Positions 39,207 to 49,440 of a stretch of 64,000 bases of DNA are shown one piece after another (within the stretch, counting starts at the first letter, position 1; the number at the start of each line of letters is the position of its first letter). The translations under genes and the position numbers were made by a program. This stretch comes from Planctomycetota bacterium (GTDB lineage: Bacteria > Planctomycetota > UBA8108 > SXIK01): contig CBDCXR010000004.1 in assembly GCA_965223845.1 (NCBI GenBank), positions 3,360,001-3,424,000 on the forward strand, in the 5' to 3' direction. Under the pieces are notes generated by a model that was given only the letters and a program-made list of their open reading frames with translations, was not told the origin of the DNA and did no database searches.

Positions 39207-40097
39207 CTAGGGTCGAAACAACGGCTCACCGCGAAGGATCGCGAGCGACTCCGTCGCGAGACGCGTTTCGAGCGAGTTCGTCCCCGCGCGGCGAAACGCC
39301 TCGAGCGCGGCGATGGCGTCGGGATGCCGGATACGCCCGAGTGCGCGGATCGACGCCAGCCGAATCGATCGTTCGTCCTCCCCGAGAAGCTCGCGGAGCG
39401 GGACGATGGCGTCGGGATCGGCGATCGTTCCGAGCGCGGTCGCCGCGGCCGCGCGAACGCGAGCGTCCTCTCGACTCGCGCCGGCGAGCCGAGCGATTTC
39501 CGCGACGTTGCGCCGGAGATGTGTCGCCCCGAGCGCCCGGACCGCGGCCGCCCGCAGATCGGGTGAGGCGGCCTCGCGCCGAACGACCTCGAGGAGCGCC
39601 GGTTCGCAGCTCCGCCCCTTGAGACGCGACACTCGGACGGCGACGTCGCTCGACCAGCGTGCGTCGCGCTCCCCGAGCGCGACCAAAGCGCGGACGGCCT
39701 CCGGCCCGCTCAATCGCTCGAACGCGCGTAAGACCTGCTGAATCACTTCCGGCCGCGGATGCGATTCGGCAACCTGCGCGAGTAGCTTCGCCTTCTCCGA
39801 CTCGCGTGGCGGTCGTACTTGTTCGAGAACCAAGGCCCAATCGGCCGGGAGAGTTGCGGAGACGAGCGCGCGGAGAGCGTCGAGGGAGCGATCGTCCTCG
39901 TCCATGGCGTTCGCGCGAGTGTCGCTCTCGCGGCGTTCGCCGGCGACGGGGCCTTCGCGCGGCGACGAATCAGCTCTCGCCGATCCCTCGAAGCTCACGG
40001 GCTGATTCGGAGCGACGGAGCGTTCGAGTTCCTCGCCTGGCGATTGCGGTTCGCATCCGACGAGCGCGGCGACGAGGCACCAGCGACGCCAGCTCAC
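39207..40097 (-). CDS. HEAT-repeat lipoprotein
   Basis: LVGC lipobox; VRAAAA.ALG repeats; GTGA overlap with the upstream glycosyltransferase. Confidence 0.78.
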   Translation of the reverse strand: MSWRRWCLVAALVGCEPQSPGEELERSVAPNQPVSFEGSARADSSPREGPVAGERRESDTRANAMDEDDRSLDALRALVSATLPADWALVLEQVRPPRESEKAKLLAQVAESHPRPEVIQQVLRAFERLSGPEAVRALVALGERDARWSSDVAVRVSRLKGRSCEPALLEVVRREAASPDLRAAAVRALGATHLRRNVAEIARLAGASREDARVRAAAATALGTIADPDAIVPLRELLGEDERSIRLASIRALGRIRHPDAIAALEAFRRAGTNSLETRLATESLAILRGEPLFRP

Positions 40098-40858
40098 GAG
40101 GAGCGTCCGACTCTCGCCGCTGCGGGGCTCCGCGCGCTCCTCAGAGGCGTACACGTGGGGTCGCGTTCCCGCTCGAGGCGCATGCGCCGGAACGATAGCG
40201 CGGCGTCGAGCTGAAGTCGCGCGAGCCGGAAGACGTGGTAGCGCGACGTGCCGTGAACGCGCGGCTCGTGCTGCACCTCGATCGAGACCGGGCTCTCCGC
40301 GTAGCGAAGGGCGAGTGCCGTGATGAACTGCATTCGCTCGAAGCCGCAGCTCATCGCATCGACGAGGGCGCGGCGGTAACCGCAGAGCATGCAGCCGTGA
40401 TCTCGGATCGAGAAGCCGGCGATCCAGCTCGACAGCCGATTCGAAGCACGCGAAGCGTGACGGCGAAAGAACGAGTCGCGCCGGCGCACCCGATACGTGG
40501 TCACGAGATCATGACCCGCGTCGAGCGCGTCGAGGAGACGAGGGATCTCCTCCGGCGGATTCTGTAGATCCGCATCCAGCGTGACGACCGCGTTGCCGCG
40601 CGCGGCCCGAAATCCGCGGACGAGAGCGCGGTACTGGCCGCCGTTTCGCGCGAGCGTCACCGGAACCACCCGCCCGTCTTCGGCTGCGAGCTCCGCCAGG
40701 ATTCGGCTCGTCGCGTCCGTGCTGCCGTCGTCGACAACGACGAACTCCGACGCCCGCCCCGAGGCGCCGAGACGGTCGAGAACCGCGGCGACCCGCCCGT
40801 AGAGAAGCCGGAGGCTTCGCTCTTCGTTGTACGCCGGAGCGAGAACGGTGAGATCCAT
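40094..40858 (-). CDS. GT2 polyprenol-phosphate glycosyltransferase (ArnC/GtrB-like)
   Basis: PAYNEE, VDDGSTD, DADLQNPPE and R..G.SRY motifs. Confidence 0.88.
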   Translation of the reverse strand: MDLTVLAPAYNEERSLRLLYGRVAAVLDRLGASGRASEFVVVDDGSTDATSRILAELAAEDGRVVPVTLARNGGQYRALVRGFRAARGNAVVTLDADLQNPPEEIPRLLDALDAGHDLVTTYRVRRRDSFFRRHASRASNRLSSWIAGFSIRDHGCMLCGYRRALVDAMSCGFERMQFITALALRYAESPVSIEVQHEPRVHGTSRYHVFRLARLQLDAALSFRRMRLERERDPTCTPLRSARSPAAARVGRSS

Positions 40859-41011
40859 GGCCTCAGTCGATCGACGTAAAAGAACTCCCGAGTCGGCAGA
40901 AGGACTCCATGGCTCCCGCCGAATCGCGGCAATCCTATCCCGGGAAATATCGCCGCGCGAGAGTTTCCTCCCCCGCGCGCACTCCGGGAGCTCGGGCGAG
41001 AGCGAACGCGC

Positions 41012-41962
41012 TCAGCACTCTGTTCGCGGACGATTCGCTCGATCTTTGCGGTCGAGAGAGGCGATGTCGATCTCGACCCGCGCGCGCCGCGGCGAGCGAG
41101 CGCCATCGAGCACGGCTCGAAGGAGAGCGGCGCCCCGCGCTCGTCTCCCGGTCGCCGCGGCGACCACCGCACCGAGCATCGTGCGCAACGCGAACGAACC
41201 GCGAGCGAGCGCGCCGCGCCAGCGGTACGGATTCCACCGGCGAGAGAATACGAGCCGATTTCGCGTCCGGTAGTAGGAAGCGACCGCTCCCGTTCCCGTC
41301 GCCGCGCCGCCGATGTGCCACGCACGCGCTGCCGGCACGACGACGGTTCGAAGGCCCTCCCGGCGCGCACGGTATGAGAGGTCGGCGTCCTCGAAATAGA
41401 GGACGAGCTTCGGATCGAACCCGCCGAGGCGTTGGAGCACGCCGGGTCGAAAGCACACGCACGCGCCGCAGACGAAATCGACGTCTCGCGCGCCCGCGCG
41501 TACACCGGCGGCCCGTCCGCAGTAGCGATCGCCGTGCGCAAGACTCCCCGGACGCCCCGACGGCCAGCGCACAAACGAACCGACGTTCCAGCACACCCGG
41601 GGCGACTCGGCGCGCAGAAGCGCGGGGCCCGCGACACCGACGCGGGGATCCGAGACGACCGACTCGAGTCGGAGGAGCGCGTTTCGACCGAGGCAGACGT
41701 CGCTGTTCATCACGGCGAGCATCGAGAGCGGCCGGCTCGTCAGATGGGCGACCCCGGCGTTCGCGCCCGCGGCGTAGCCCAAGTTTTCGCGATACGACAA
41801 GTAGAGGCCGCCCGACCGGCGAACGTCTCCGCGAAGCGAAGGACTCGGGGCCGGATTGTTGTCGACGAACACCACGCGGGCGGCGAGGCCCGATCGCTCG
41901 ATCGAGTCGAGGGCCGCGCGGCCGTAGTCGTCACGACCGAAGTGGACGACGACGACACCCAC
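41012..41962 (-). CDS. GT2 glycosyltransferase (WbbL/rhamnosyltransferase-like)
   Basis: VDN, ENLGYAAGAN, NSD and GAC...GGFD...YFEDAD motifs; start uncertain (ORF open to 42253). Confidence 0.8.
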   Translation of the reverse strand: MGVVVVHFGRDDYGRAALDSIERSGLAARVVFVDNNPAPSPSLRGDVRRSGGLYLSYRENLGYAAGANAGVAHLTSRPLSMLAVMNSDVCLGRNALLRLESVVSDPRVGVAGPALLRAESPRVCWNVGSFVRWPSGRPGSLAHGDRYCGRAAGVRAGARDVDFVCGACVCFRPGVLQRLGGFDPKLVLYFEDADLSYRARREGLRTVVVPAARAWHIGGAATGTGAVASYYRTRNRLVFSRRWNPYRWRGALARGSFALRTMLGAVVAAATGRRARGAALLRAVLDGARSPRRARVEIDIASLDRKDRANRPRTEC

Positions 41963-42173
41963 TCGCGGCGAGGCATCTCGACTCGCGGAGTCGTCGCCGG
42001 ATTGACGCGTAGACGAAATGGGACGAGATTCCTCAGAGAGTTTCGGTCGATCGGCGCGCCCTGTACCGTGCGGTGGCCGACGGGTAGAGTATCGTTTCTC
42101 GGCCGCGCCGGCGCGCCGAGAACGAAAGAGAAGTGGAGGCCGGCCGGCTCGACGAAGGGGCCGGCGAGGAACG

Positions 42174-42431
42174 ATGCAGCGCGAGAACGAGGAGCAGGCG
42201 GGAGTCGCCGCGAGCGCGGGACGACTGGAGAGCGGACGACGATCGTTCGTCATCTACCTCGCGATCTATTCCGTTCTGTGCATCGCACTCGGCGTCGCGG
42301 GCTGGGCGCTCCGCGACGGGGCGACGCTCGCCCCGCCGGAGGAGGGCGACCGAGCGTCGCTCCCCGCCGAGCCGGGGTCGTCGAGCGGCGGGCGCCTGCG
42401 AACGCTCGATCCAGGCGCCGAGCCTCGCTGA
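42174..42431 (+). CDS. Small single-TM membrane protein
   Basis: GAGGA RBS; hydrophobic helix FVIYLAIYSVLCIALGVAGWAL. Confidence 0.5.
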   Translation: MQRENEEQAGVAASAGRLESGRRSFVIYLAIYSVLCIALGVAGWALRDGATLAPPEEGDRASLPAEPGSSSGGRLRTLDPGAEPR

Positions 42432-42507
42432 GCGGCGACGACCTCGCTGGCTCTCCGCGCAGGCGATTGCCAAAATCGACAATTGCCAAAAAAGCCTGAG
42501 CCCCGAG

Positions 42508-42536
42508 TTGACAATTCGGCAATTCCGGCTTACGAT
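42508..42536 (+). promoter_or_regulatory. Sigma70 promoter overlapped by operator-like repeats
   Basis: TTGACA-N17-TACGAT; ATTGCC/GGCAAT/GACAAT half-sites at 42466-42523. Confidence 0.8.
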
Positions 42537-42754
42537 CCTCCACGTTCGATCGACCCTTTCGCGCCGCCCGGGTTCGCGCGTTCGCGCCGCAGGAGCGGGC
42601 GCGGCAGAGCGAGAGCTGGCGCGGTTTCGCCGCAGCGAGCGTGGTAGGATCGAGCGAACTCGGCCGCGCCCGGCGTCGATCGCGGGCGCCCCGCCTGCCT
42701 CCGGTGCGTCCGAAGCAACCCACGAGATCTCCCCCCTTAGAAGGAGTCCGTCAC

Positions 42755-44368
42755 ATGGCGGAGTACGACGACGACGTCTATCAGGACGAAGACGAATACG
42801 ACGAAGAGTACGACCGCCCGCAGTGGCTGCGAGAGACTCCCTACTGGGCGATCTCGGCGGTTCTCCATCTCATCCTGGTGCTGATCCTCGTCGCCATCGT
42901 CATCGAGGTGGAGCAGCCGAAGAAGGAGCAGGTCGCGATCCAGATGCGCGAGAAGCCAAAGCCGCCGGAATACGACCGGAGGCTGAAGCGCGACATCAAG
43001 AAGACGCCGAAGATCCTCCACGAGCGTCAGATCAAGGATCCGATCCAGCAAAAGAAGCCCGAAGAGATCACCCCGGATATCCCAAAGGGGACCGATCTCA
43101 ATAACCTGACGAACCTGCACCTCAACAACACGAGCGTGAACAGCGCGATCGGTGTCGGCGGCGGCGCGGCGGGCGCGTACGGCGAGCGCACTGGTAAGGG
43201 TTCGCTCATTCGCGAGGGCGGGAGCGAAGGCACCGAAGAGGCGGTGCGCGCAGCACTCGAGTGGCTTCGGCGGCATCAAAACGCCGACGGCAGCTGGAGC
43301 TCCTTCGACTTTACGAAGAACTGCAAGAAGATTTGCGCCAACAAGGACGCGAAGCGCTACGGCGACGGACGCGGCTTCGAAGACCACGACGTCGGCGTCA
43401 CTGCGCTCGCGGTCCTCGCCTTCACCGGGTACGGACACACCCACCGCTACGGCCTCTATCCCGAGTACGTCCAGGTCCTCAAGAAGGCCATGCGCTACCT
43501 GAAGCAGGTCCAGGTAAAGAGCAACGACCCCGAGACGAACGGCCGCTACGGGACTTACAAGGAAGATACCGAGCAGTGGATGTACGACCACGCCATCGCG
43601 ACGATGGCGATGGGCGAGCTCCTCGTCATGTCCGGCGACGTGATCGGACTCAAGAAGTCCGTCACCGACGCCGTGAAGCTCATCCTCCGCGCGCAGAACG
43701 ACGGCTTCGGCTGGCGCTACGAGCTGAAGAGCGGCGACAACGACACGTCCGTCACCGGCTGGATGGTTCTCGCACTCAAGACGGCGAAAAACGCTCGGCT
43801 CGATATTCCGAAGTCGGATTACGAGCGCGCGTTCGCCGGTGCGCTCACCTGGTTCAATCGCGCGACGGCGACGAACGGCAAGACCGGATACATGGTGCCC
43901 GGAGACGAGGGTTCGCGTCTCGCCGAAGGGTACGGCGAACCGTATCCCTACTCGAAGGACCTCTCCTGTATGACTGCAGTCGCCGTCCTCTGCCGCCTCT
44001 TCTCCGGCGAGACGCGGTCCGACCGCTCGATTCGCGACGGAGTCGGGATCCTCATGCGGCATCCGCCGAAGTGGCTCGAGCAGCGGGGAAGAGTCCTCTC
44101 GACGATCAACATTTACTACTGGTACTACGGCTCCTACGCCGTCTTCCAGTACGGCGGCAAGGAGTGGGAGACCTGGAACGAGCAGATGATCAAGACCCTC
44201 GTCGAGACGCAGCGGCAAGGAAACATCGATGAGGACGGGAGCTGGGATCCCATCGGAGAGTGGGGAATCGCCGGAGGGCGCGTCTACTCGACTGCGCTCG
44301 GCGCTATGACACTCGAAGTCTACTATCGCTTTCGGCGCGCGCAGGAGGGACCCGGCGGCGGGTTCTGA
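42755..44368 (+). CDS. Membrane-anchored prenyltransferase/squalene oxidase repeat (alpha/alpha toroid) protein, copy 1
   Basis: AAGGAG RBS; TM helix with SxxxH; K/P-rich linker; QW-like repeats (HQNADGSW, AQNDGFGW, DGSWDP); DTSVTGW. Confidence 0.9.
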   Translation: MAEYDDDVYQDEDEYDEEYDRPQWLRETPYWAISAVLHLILVLILVAIVIEVEQPKKEQVAIQMREKPKPPEYDRRLKRDIKKTPKILHERQIKDPIQQKKPEEITPDIPKGTDLNNLTNLHLNNTSVNSAIGVGGGAAGAYGERTGKGSLIREGGSEGTEEAVRAALEWLRRHQNADGSWSSFDFTKNCKKICANKDAKRYGDGRGFEDHDVGVTALAVLAFTGYGHTHRYGLYPEYVQVLKKAMRYLKQVQVKSNDPETNGRYGTYKEDTEQWMYDHAIATMAMGELLVMSGDVIGLKKSVTDAVKLILRAQNDGFGWRYELKSGDNDTSVTGWMVLALKTAKNARLDIPKSDYERAFAGALTWFNRATATNGKTGYMVPGDEGSRLAEGYGEPYPYSKDLSCMTAVAVLCRLFSGETRSDRSIRDGVGILMRHPPKWLEQRGRVLSTINIYYWYYGSYAVFQYGGKEWETWNEQMIKTLVETQRQGNIDEDGSWDPIGEWGIAGGRVYSTALGAMTLEVYYRFRRAQEGPGGGF

Positions 44369-44598
44369 CGCGCACGCAGCGACTTCATCTCGATCGAAGC
44401 TGCGATCGCGGGCTCGTTTCCTGACGAAACCCTCGCTCGACGGCGCAGCACTCATCTGAGTCCGTTCTCGCGATCACGGATTCCTCGCGCTCGCGGTGTG
44501 CCCTGAGCGCTTCGGTCGATCGTTCGGACTCTCGTACCCAGACGGCCGCGCCCGCTCGCGACCGCCGCGACGTCACTCAGGACGGAAGGAGTCCCGCG

Positions 44599-46212
44599 AT
44601 GGCGAACCCGGACGAGATTCTCGCGCCCGATGATGATTACGCATACGAGTACTCACGGCCGCGCTGGCTGCTCGACACCCGCTACTGGGCGCTGTCGGCC
44701 GTCGTCCATCTCGCGCTCGTTCTTCTCCTCGTCGCGATCGTGCTCGAGGGGGAGTCGCCACCGAGGGAGGGCGTCACGCTACGAATGCGAGACAAGCCGG
44801 AGCCGCCCGACTACGAACGAAAGAAGAAACGCGACGTCAAATCGACGCCGAAAATCATCCACGAACGAACGGTCGAGCGCCCGATCCGCCAGATCAAGCC
44901 CGAAGAGATCACACCGGAGATTCCCCAGGGCACGGATCTCAACAATCTCGCCAATCTTCACCTCGCAAGATCGAGCGTGAGCACGGACATCGGTGTCGGC
45001 GGCGGCGGCGCCGGAATCTACGGCGACCGAGTCGGCCGCCCGGCCCCTCTCGAAGGAGGCAGCGAGGCCACCGAGCACGCCGTGCGCGCCGCTCTCGAGT
45101 GGCTCCGGCGCCATCAAAACGCCGACGGTAGCTGGAGCTCCTTCGACTTCACGAAGAACTGCAAAAAGATCTGCGCCAACAAGGACTCGGCGCGCTACGG
45201 CGATGGGCGCGGCTTCGAAGACCATGACGTCGGCGTCACCGGCCTCGCCATCCTCGCCTTCACCGGTTACGGACACACTCACCGCTACGGCCTCTATCCC
45301 GAGTACGTCGAGGTGCTCAAGAAGGCCATGCGCTACCTGAAAAGAGTTCAAGTAAAGAGTAGCGACCCTGAGACCCATGGGCGCTACGGCACGTACAAGG
45401 AAGATACCGAGGACTGGATGTACGACCACGCGATCGCCTCCATGGCGATGGGCGAGCTCCTCGTCATGTCCGGCGACGTCATCGGACTCAAGAAGTCCGT
45501 CACCGACGCCGCGAGATTCATCCTTCGCGCTCAGAACGACGGCTTCGGCTGGCGCTACGGCTTCAAGCGCGGCGACAGCGACACCTCGGTCACGGGCTGG
45601 GCGGTCCTCGCTCTCAAGACCGCGCGGAACGTGCGACCAAGACTCGACATCGCCGAGTCCGATTACGAACGCGCGTTCGCCGGTGCGCTCACTTGGTTCG
45701 ACCGCGCGACGGCGACGAATGGGAAGACGGGATACATGTCCCCGGGCGATCCGGGATCGCGTCTAACGGAGGGATACAGCGAGCCGTACCCCTACTCGAA
45801 GGATCTCTCTTGCATGACCGCCGTCGCCGTGCTCTGCCGGATCTTTTCCGGTGAGACGCGCGCGGATCACGCGATCCGCGACGGCGTCGGCATCCTCCTC
45901 CGCCATCCGCCGCGGTGGCTCGAACATCGCGGACGCGTCCTCTCCACCGTCAACCTGTACTACTGGTACTACGGTTCTTACGCCGTCTTCCAATACGGCG
46001 GCAAGGAGTGGGAGGCGTGGAACGAGCAGATGATCCGAGCCCTCGTCGAGAATCAGCGGCAGGGAAACATCGACGAGGACGGCAGCTGGGATCCCATCGG
46101 CGAGTGGGGAATCGCCGGAGGGCGCGTCTACTCGACCGCGCTCGGCGCGATGACACTCGAAGTGTACTACCGCTTCCGGCGCCTCGAATCGGGAACCGCC
46201 AACGGATTCTGA
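44599..46212 (+). CDS. Membrane-anchored prenyltransferase/squalene oxidase repeat protein, copy 2 (paralog)
   Basis: AAGGAG RBS; same architecture and same length (1614 bp) as copy 1. Confidence 0.9.
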   Translation: MANPDEILAPDDDYAYEYSRPRWLLDTRYWALSAVVHLALVLLLVAIVLEGESPPREGVTLRMRDKPEPPDYERKKKRDVKSTPKIIHERTVERPIRQIKPEEITPEIPQGTDLNNLANLHLARSSVSTDIGVGGGGAGIYGDRVGRPAPLEGGSEATEHAVRAALEWLRRHQNADGSWSSFDFTKNCKKICANKDSARYGDGRGFEDHDVGVTGLAILAFTGYGHTHRYGLYPEYVEVLKKAMRYLKRVQVKSSDPETHGRYGTYKEDTEDWMYDHAIASMAMGELLVMSGDVIGLKKSVTDAARFILRAQNDGFGWRYGFKRGDSDTSVTGWAVLALKTARNVRPRLDIAESDYERAFAGALTWFDRATATNGKTGYMSPGDPGSRLTEGYSEPYPYSKDLSCMTAVAVLCRIFSGETRADHAIRDGVGILLRHPPRWLEHRGRVLSTVNLYYWYYGSYAVFQYGGKEWEAWNEQMIRALVENQRQGNIDEDGSWDPIGEWGIAGGRVYSTALGAMTLEVYYRFRRLESGTANGF

Positions 46213-46228
46213 TGCTCCGCCGGGTCGG

Positions 46229-47182
46229 TCACTCCGAGCACCGCGCGACGTGCGCCGCGAGCACCCAGGTTCCGAGGATCGCGCTGCGCTCGAGCGTCGC
46301 CGCGGGGTAGCTCAGGTTGAGCGGCTGGAGTCGCACGGCCGCGCCCGATTCGAAGAACACCTGACGAAAGACCGCGCTCTCGTCGGCCACACGCACGAAC
46401 GCGAAATCTCGGCTCCGCAGCGTCGCGTCCGAGAACACCAGGAGATCGCCCTCCCGAAAGCTCTCGGCGGACGGCGACTCCATGCTGTCGTCGACCGCTC
46501 GGAGGGCGAACGCGGCCTCGTCTCCGAGATCGGGAAGGTAGAGGTAGTCGGCGACGTCTCCGATCGGGCGGCCGCCCGCATCGAACTGGGAGGGATATCC
46601 GGCATCCGTACGGAAGACCGGGATGCCTCGCCGCGCGATCGCCGCGTCCTCGCTCGGCGCAGCGAGCTTGAGCTCGCGATGGGTGACTTCCGAGAGCGCA
46701 CTGTTGAGACGCTCGACCTGGGCCTCGAGCGCACGGATCGCCTTCTGCTGCGCTTCGATGAGGACGCTCGGAGATAGCTTGAGCGTCTTCAGGATGCGAT
46801 CGAGAAGCTCGGGCGACGCCTCGCGCTTTCCGACTTCGATGCTTTGGATGACCGTTTTTGGCGCTCCGACCTTACCCGCGAGATCTTCCGCCGACACGTG
46901 TCGCCGACGCCGCTCCGAGCGGATGAGGCGTCCGATCGCCGCCGGCACGGGCGCAGGAATCTCCCCCGCCTCGGGCACGGCCGCAGACTCACCGAAGAAG
47001 TACGACGGCTCGACCCCGAGGGCGTCCGCGATCTTCCGGAGAACCTGCGTGTCGATCCGTCGCTGCCCTTTCTCTAGGCGCGAGATCTGAGACTGCGAGA
47101 CGCCAACCTTCTCCGCGAGCTCCTTCGCGGAAACCTGCAGTCGCTCGCGCAGAATGCGAATCTCGAGACCGATATCGAGCAC
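46229..47182 (-). CDS. XRE-family regulator with two HTH domains and a C-terminal S24 domain
   Basis: Two Cro/C1 HTHs (SQSQISRLEKG; TVIQSIEVG); AG site; DSM Ser; GAAGGAGG RBS. Confidence 0.88.
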   Translation of the reverse strand: MLDIGLEIRILRERLQVSAKELAEKVGVSQSQISRLEKGQRRIDTQVLRKIADALGVEPSYFFGESAAVPEAGEIPAPVPAAIGRLIRSERRRRHVSAEDLAGKVGAPKTVIQSIEVGKREASPELLDRILKTLKLSPSVLIEAQQKAIRALEAQVERLNSALSEVTHRELKLAAPSEDAAIARRGIPVFRTDAGYPSQFDAGGRPIGDVADYLYLPDLGDEAAFALRAVDDSMESPSAESFREGDLLVFSDATLRSRDFAFVRVADESAVFRQVFFESGAAVRLQPLNLSYPAATLERSAILGTWVLAAHVARCSE

Positions 47183-47279
47183 CGCGGCCCTCCTTCGATT
47201 GCCGACGCGTCAAACTATCGACAAAAGCGTATCCTGTCGGTCGCAGATTGTCCGGAGGGAATCGGCCGCGGGACGTTCC

Positions 47280-48131
47280 CTAGGTCGGAGCGGCGTTCTC
47301 CGCCAGCTCGAGTCCGAGCAGGGCGACGAGCGACATGCAGTTGAAGAGGCCGTGGAAGACGACGGCCACCCAGAGGTTATCGGTTCTCGCGTAGAGGTAG
47401 CAGAGGAGGATGCCGAGGCCGCCGAGCGCGGCGATGAGCCCCGGCTCGAGGTGCACTCCCGCGAACACGAGGCTCGAAAGCGCGGCCGCCCGCCAGAACC
47501 CCCACCGCTTCTCGAACGCGCGGAAGAATATGCCCCGAAACACCAGCTCCTCCGTGATCGGGGCGAAGACGACGGCCCCGAGAAACGTGGCGCCGATCCA
47601 GACCCAATCGCCGTTTGCGACCGACTCGCGGAAGCTGGTGATCACCGCCTGCTCCGTCGTCGTACCGCCGGCGAGGGCGAACAACAATTGCCAGAACGCG
47701 GAGAACGGACCGATGAGAAAGTGCGCAACAAAGAAAAACGGAATGACGAGAAGGAGATCTCTCGGACTCGGTGCGCCGAATCCGAGCGGCTCGACGAGAC
47801 CCGCGGGCTGACCGGAGGACACGCGGACGACTCCTACCGCGAAGACCACCACGATCAGCGTCGTCGAGCCGAGCACGAAGGGGACCACGGCCGCGTCGCC
47901 GAGACCGAGGCCGGAAGCGAGAGCCGCGGCGAATGTTTGCGCGAAAAGCCAGCCGAGCACCATGAACATCACTTCGGCTCCCCCCCAACGGGCGGGATCG
48001 CGCGGACGCCGAGGCTCGAGGAACCGGCGATCGAGAGCTCGAAACGCGATCAGCGTGAGAGGAAAAACCAGCACGAACCAGCCGGCGACACGCGCGAGGT
48101 GCGCGATCTGAAGAAACTCGAAGGACGTCAA
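47280..48131 (-). CDS. CPBP (Abi/CAAX) intramembrane metalloprotease
   Basis: EELVFRG, FAGVH and HGLFN motifs; multiple TM helices. Confidence 0.9.
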   Translation of the reverse strand: MTSFEFLQIAHLARVAGWFVLVFPLTLIAFRALDRRFLEPRRPRDPARWGGAEVMFMVLGWLFAQTFAAALASGLGLGDAAVVPFVLGSTTLIVVVFAVGVVRVSSGQPAGLVEPLGFGAPSPRDLLLVIPFFFVAHFLIGPFSAFWQLLFALAGGTTTEQAVITSFRESVANGDWVWIGATFLGAVVFAPITEELVFRGIFFRAFEKRWGFWRAAALSSLVFAGVHLEPGLIAALGGLGILLCYLYARTDNLWVAVVFHGLFNCMSLVALLGLELAENAAPT

Positions 48132-48153
48132 GGGCGCTCGCTCCCGTCGGTCC

Positions 48154-48963
48154 TCAACGCGTCACCGGGACGCCCTCTTCGGGGCTCGAGGCGGATCCGT
48201 AGAGCTTGCGGGGAATCCGACCCGCTCTCGCCGCGCGCCAGCCGGCTTCTACACCGTGACGCATCGCGTGCGCCATCTGCACGGGGTGCTCGGCGAGGGC
48301 GATCGCGGTGTTGAGAAGAATCGCGTCGACTCCTAGTTCCATCGCTGAACACACATCGGACGCCGTGCCGACGCCCGCGTCGACGATGATCGGCACTTTC
48401 AGTGTCTCGAGGATGATCCGAATGTTGTTCGGATTGAGCACGCCTTGCCCGGATCCGATCGGCGATCCGGCGGGCATCACGCTCGTCACGCCGACGTCTT
48501 CGAGACGCTTCGCGAGGATCGGATCGTCCGAGGTGTAGGCAAGGACCGTGAACGATTCGCCGACGAGCTGCTCCGCCGCACGCAGCGTATCGACTGGATC
48601 CGGCAGCAGGGTCTTCGGATCGCCGAGCACTTCGAGCTTGATGAGATCGGTGCCGAGAAGCTCGCGCGCCATCCGGGCGACGCGGACGGCATCGTCCGCG
48701 TCGTAGCACCCGGCGGTGTTGGGGAGAATCGTCATCCGTTCGCGGTCGATGAACTCGATGAGGTTCTTCGACGGATCGGAAAAGTCGACCCGGCGGATGG
48801 CGACAGTGACCATGGACGCCCCCGACGCCTCATGGCACGCGCGCATCTCCTCAAACGAACGGTATTTTCCCGTGCCTACGATCAGTCGCGAGATGAGCTC
48901 GTGCTCACCGAGCCGGAGCGGCTCGGGGGCCGGCGCAGCGAATTCCGGGGAGTTGTCGTTCAT
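48154..48963 (-). CDS. thiG: Thiazole synthase
   Basis: [29 protein letters not shown] and VDAGVG motifs. Confidence 0.96.
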   Translation of the reverse strand: MNDNSPEFAAPAPEPLRLGEHELISRLIVGTGKYRSFEEMRACHEASGASMVTVAIRRVDFSDPSKNLIEFIDRERMTILPNTAGCYDADDAVRVARMARELLGTDLIKLEVLGDPKTLLPDPVDTLRAAEQLVGESFTVLAYTSDDPILAKRLEDVGVTSVMPAGSPIGSGQGVLNPNNIRIILETLKVPIIVDAGVGTASDVCSAMELGVDAILLNTAIALAEHPVQMAHAMRHGVEAGWRAARAGRIPRKLYGSASSPEEGVPVTR

Positions 48964-49005
48964 GGTCTCTTTGGTTCCGTCGAGGACGCGTTCGCGCGCG
49001 AGCCA

Positions 49006-49209
49006 TCAACCACCGCCCACGAAAGTCACCACCTCGATGCGGTCCCCGTCCTCGACGAGACGCTCAGAGTGACTGGCTCGCGGAACGATCGTTTCGTTCA
49101 CTTCGACGGCGACGATCGCCGGGGAAACACCCAGCTCGCGGAGAAGATCGACGATAGTCGGTCTCTCCACGAACGTCCGCTCTTCACCGTTGAGGACTAC
49201 GCGGACCAT
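49006..49209 (-). CDS. thiS: Sulfur carrier protein ThiS
   Basis: LNGE...VAVEVN...GDRIEVVTFVGGG C-terminus. Confidence 0.92.
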   Translation of the reverse strand: MVRVVLNGEERTFVERPTIVDLLRELGVSPAIVAVEVNETIVPRASHSERLVEDGDRIEVVTFVGGG

Positions 49210-49440
49210 CCGTCGACCGAGGGACTGGGGTGAACAGGAACAACGCGAAGGAGCGGCTCGCGCGAGCCTCCCCGCGAGAGCGACGATCGGTAGGATAGCG
49301 ACCGCGGACTGCGGCCGCAAGAAACGCCGGGGAGCGGGGTCCGAGTCTGCGCGGCACCGCTCTACGCCCGCCATCGCCGAGGGGGCATTCGGCACGCTCG
49401 GGCTGAGCGCCCGCCGGATTCGGCACAAGAAATCTGTGCG

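Noticed and set aside
42755-46212. Assembly duplication artefact, or genuine squalene-hopene cyclases
   Set aside because: The copies differ by many synonymous and N-terminal changes. They have a single toroid with a TM anchor, unlike the two-domain SHC architecture.
46229-47182. Prophage marked by a CI-like repressor
   Set aside because: No integrase, structural or replication genes nearby; the neighbours are thiamine and membrane genes.
49210-49440. TPP riboswitch upstream of thiS-thiG
   Set aside because: No CTGAGA or CCTGA..GNTAAT core on the minus strand.
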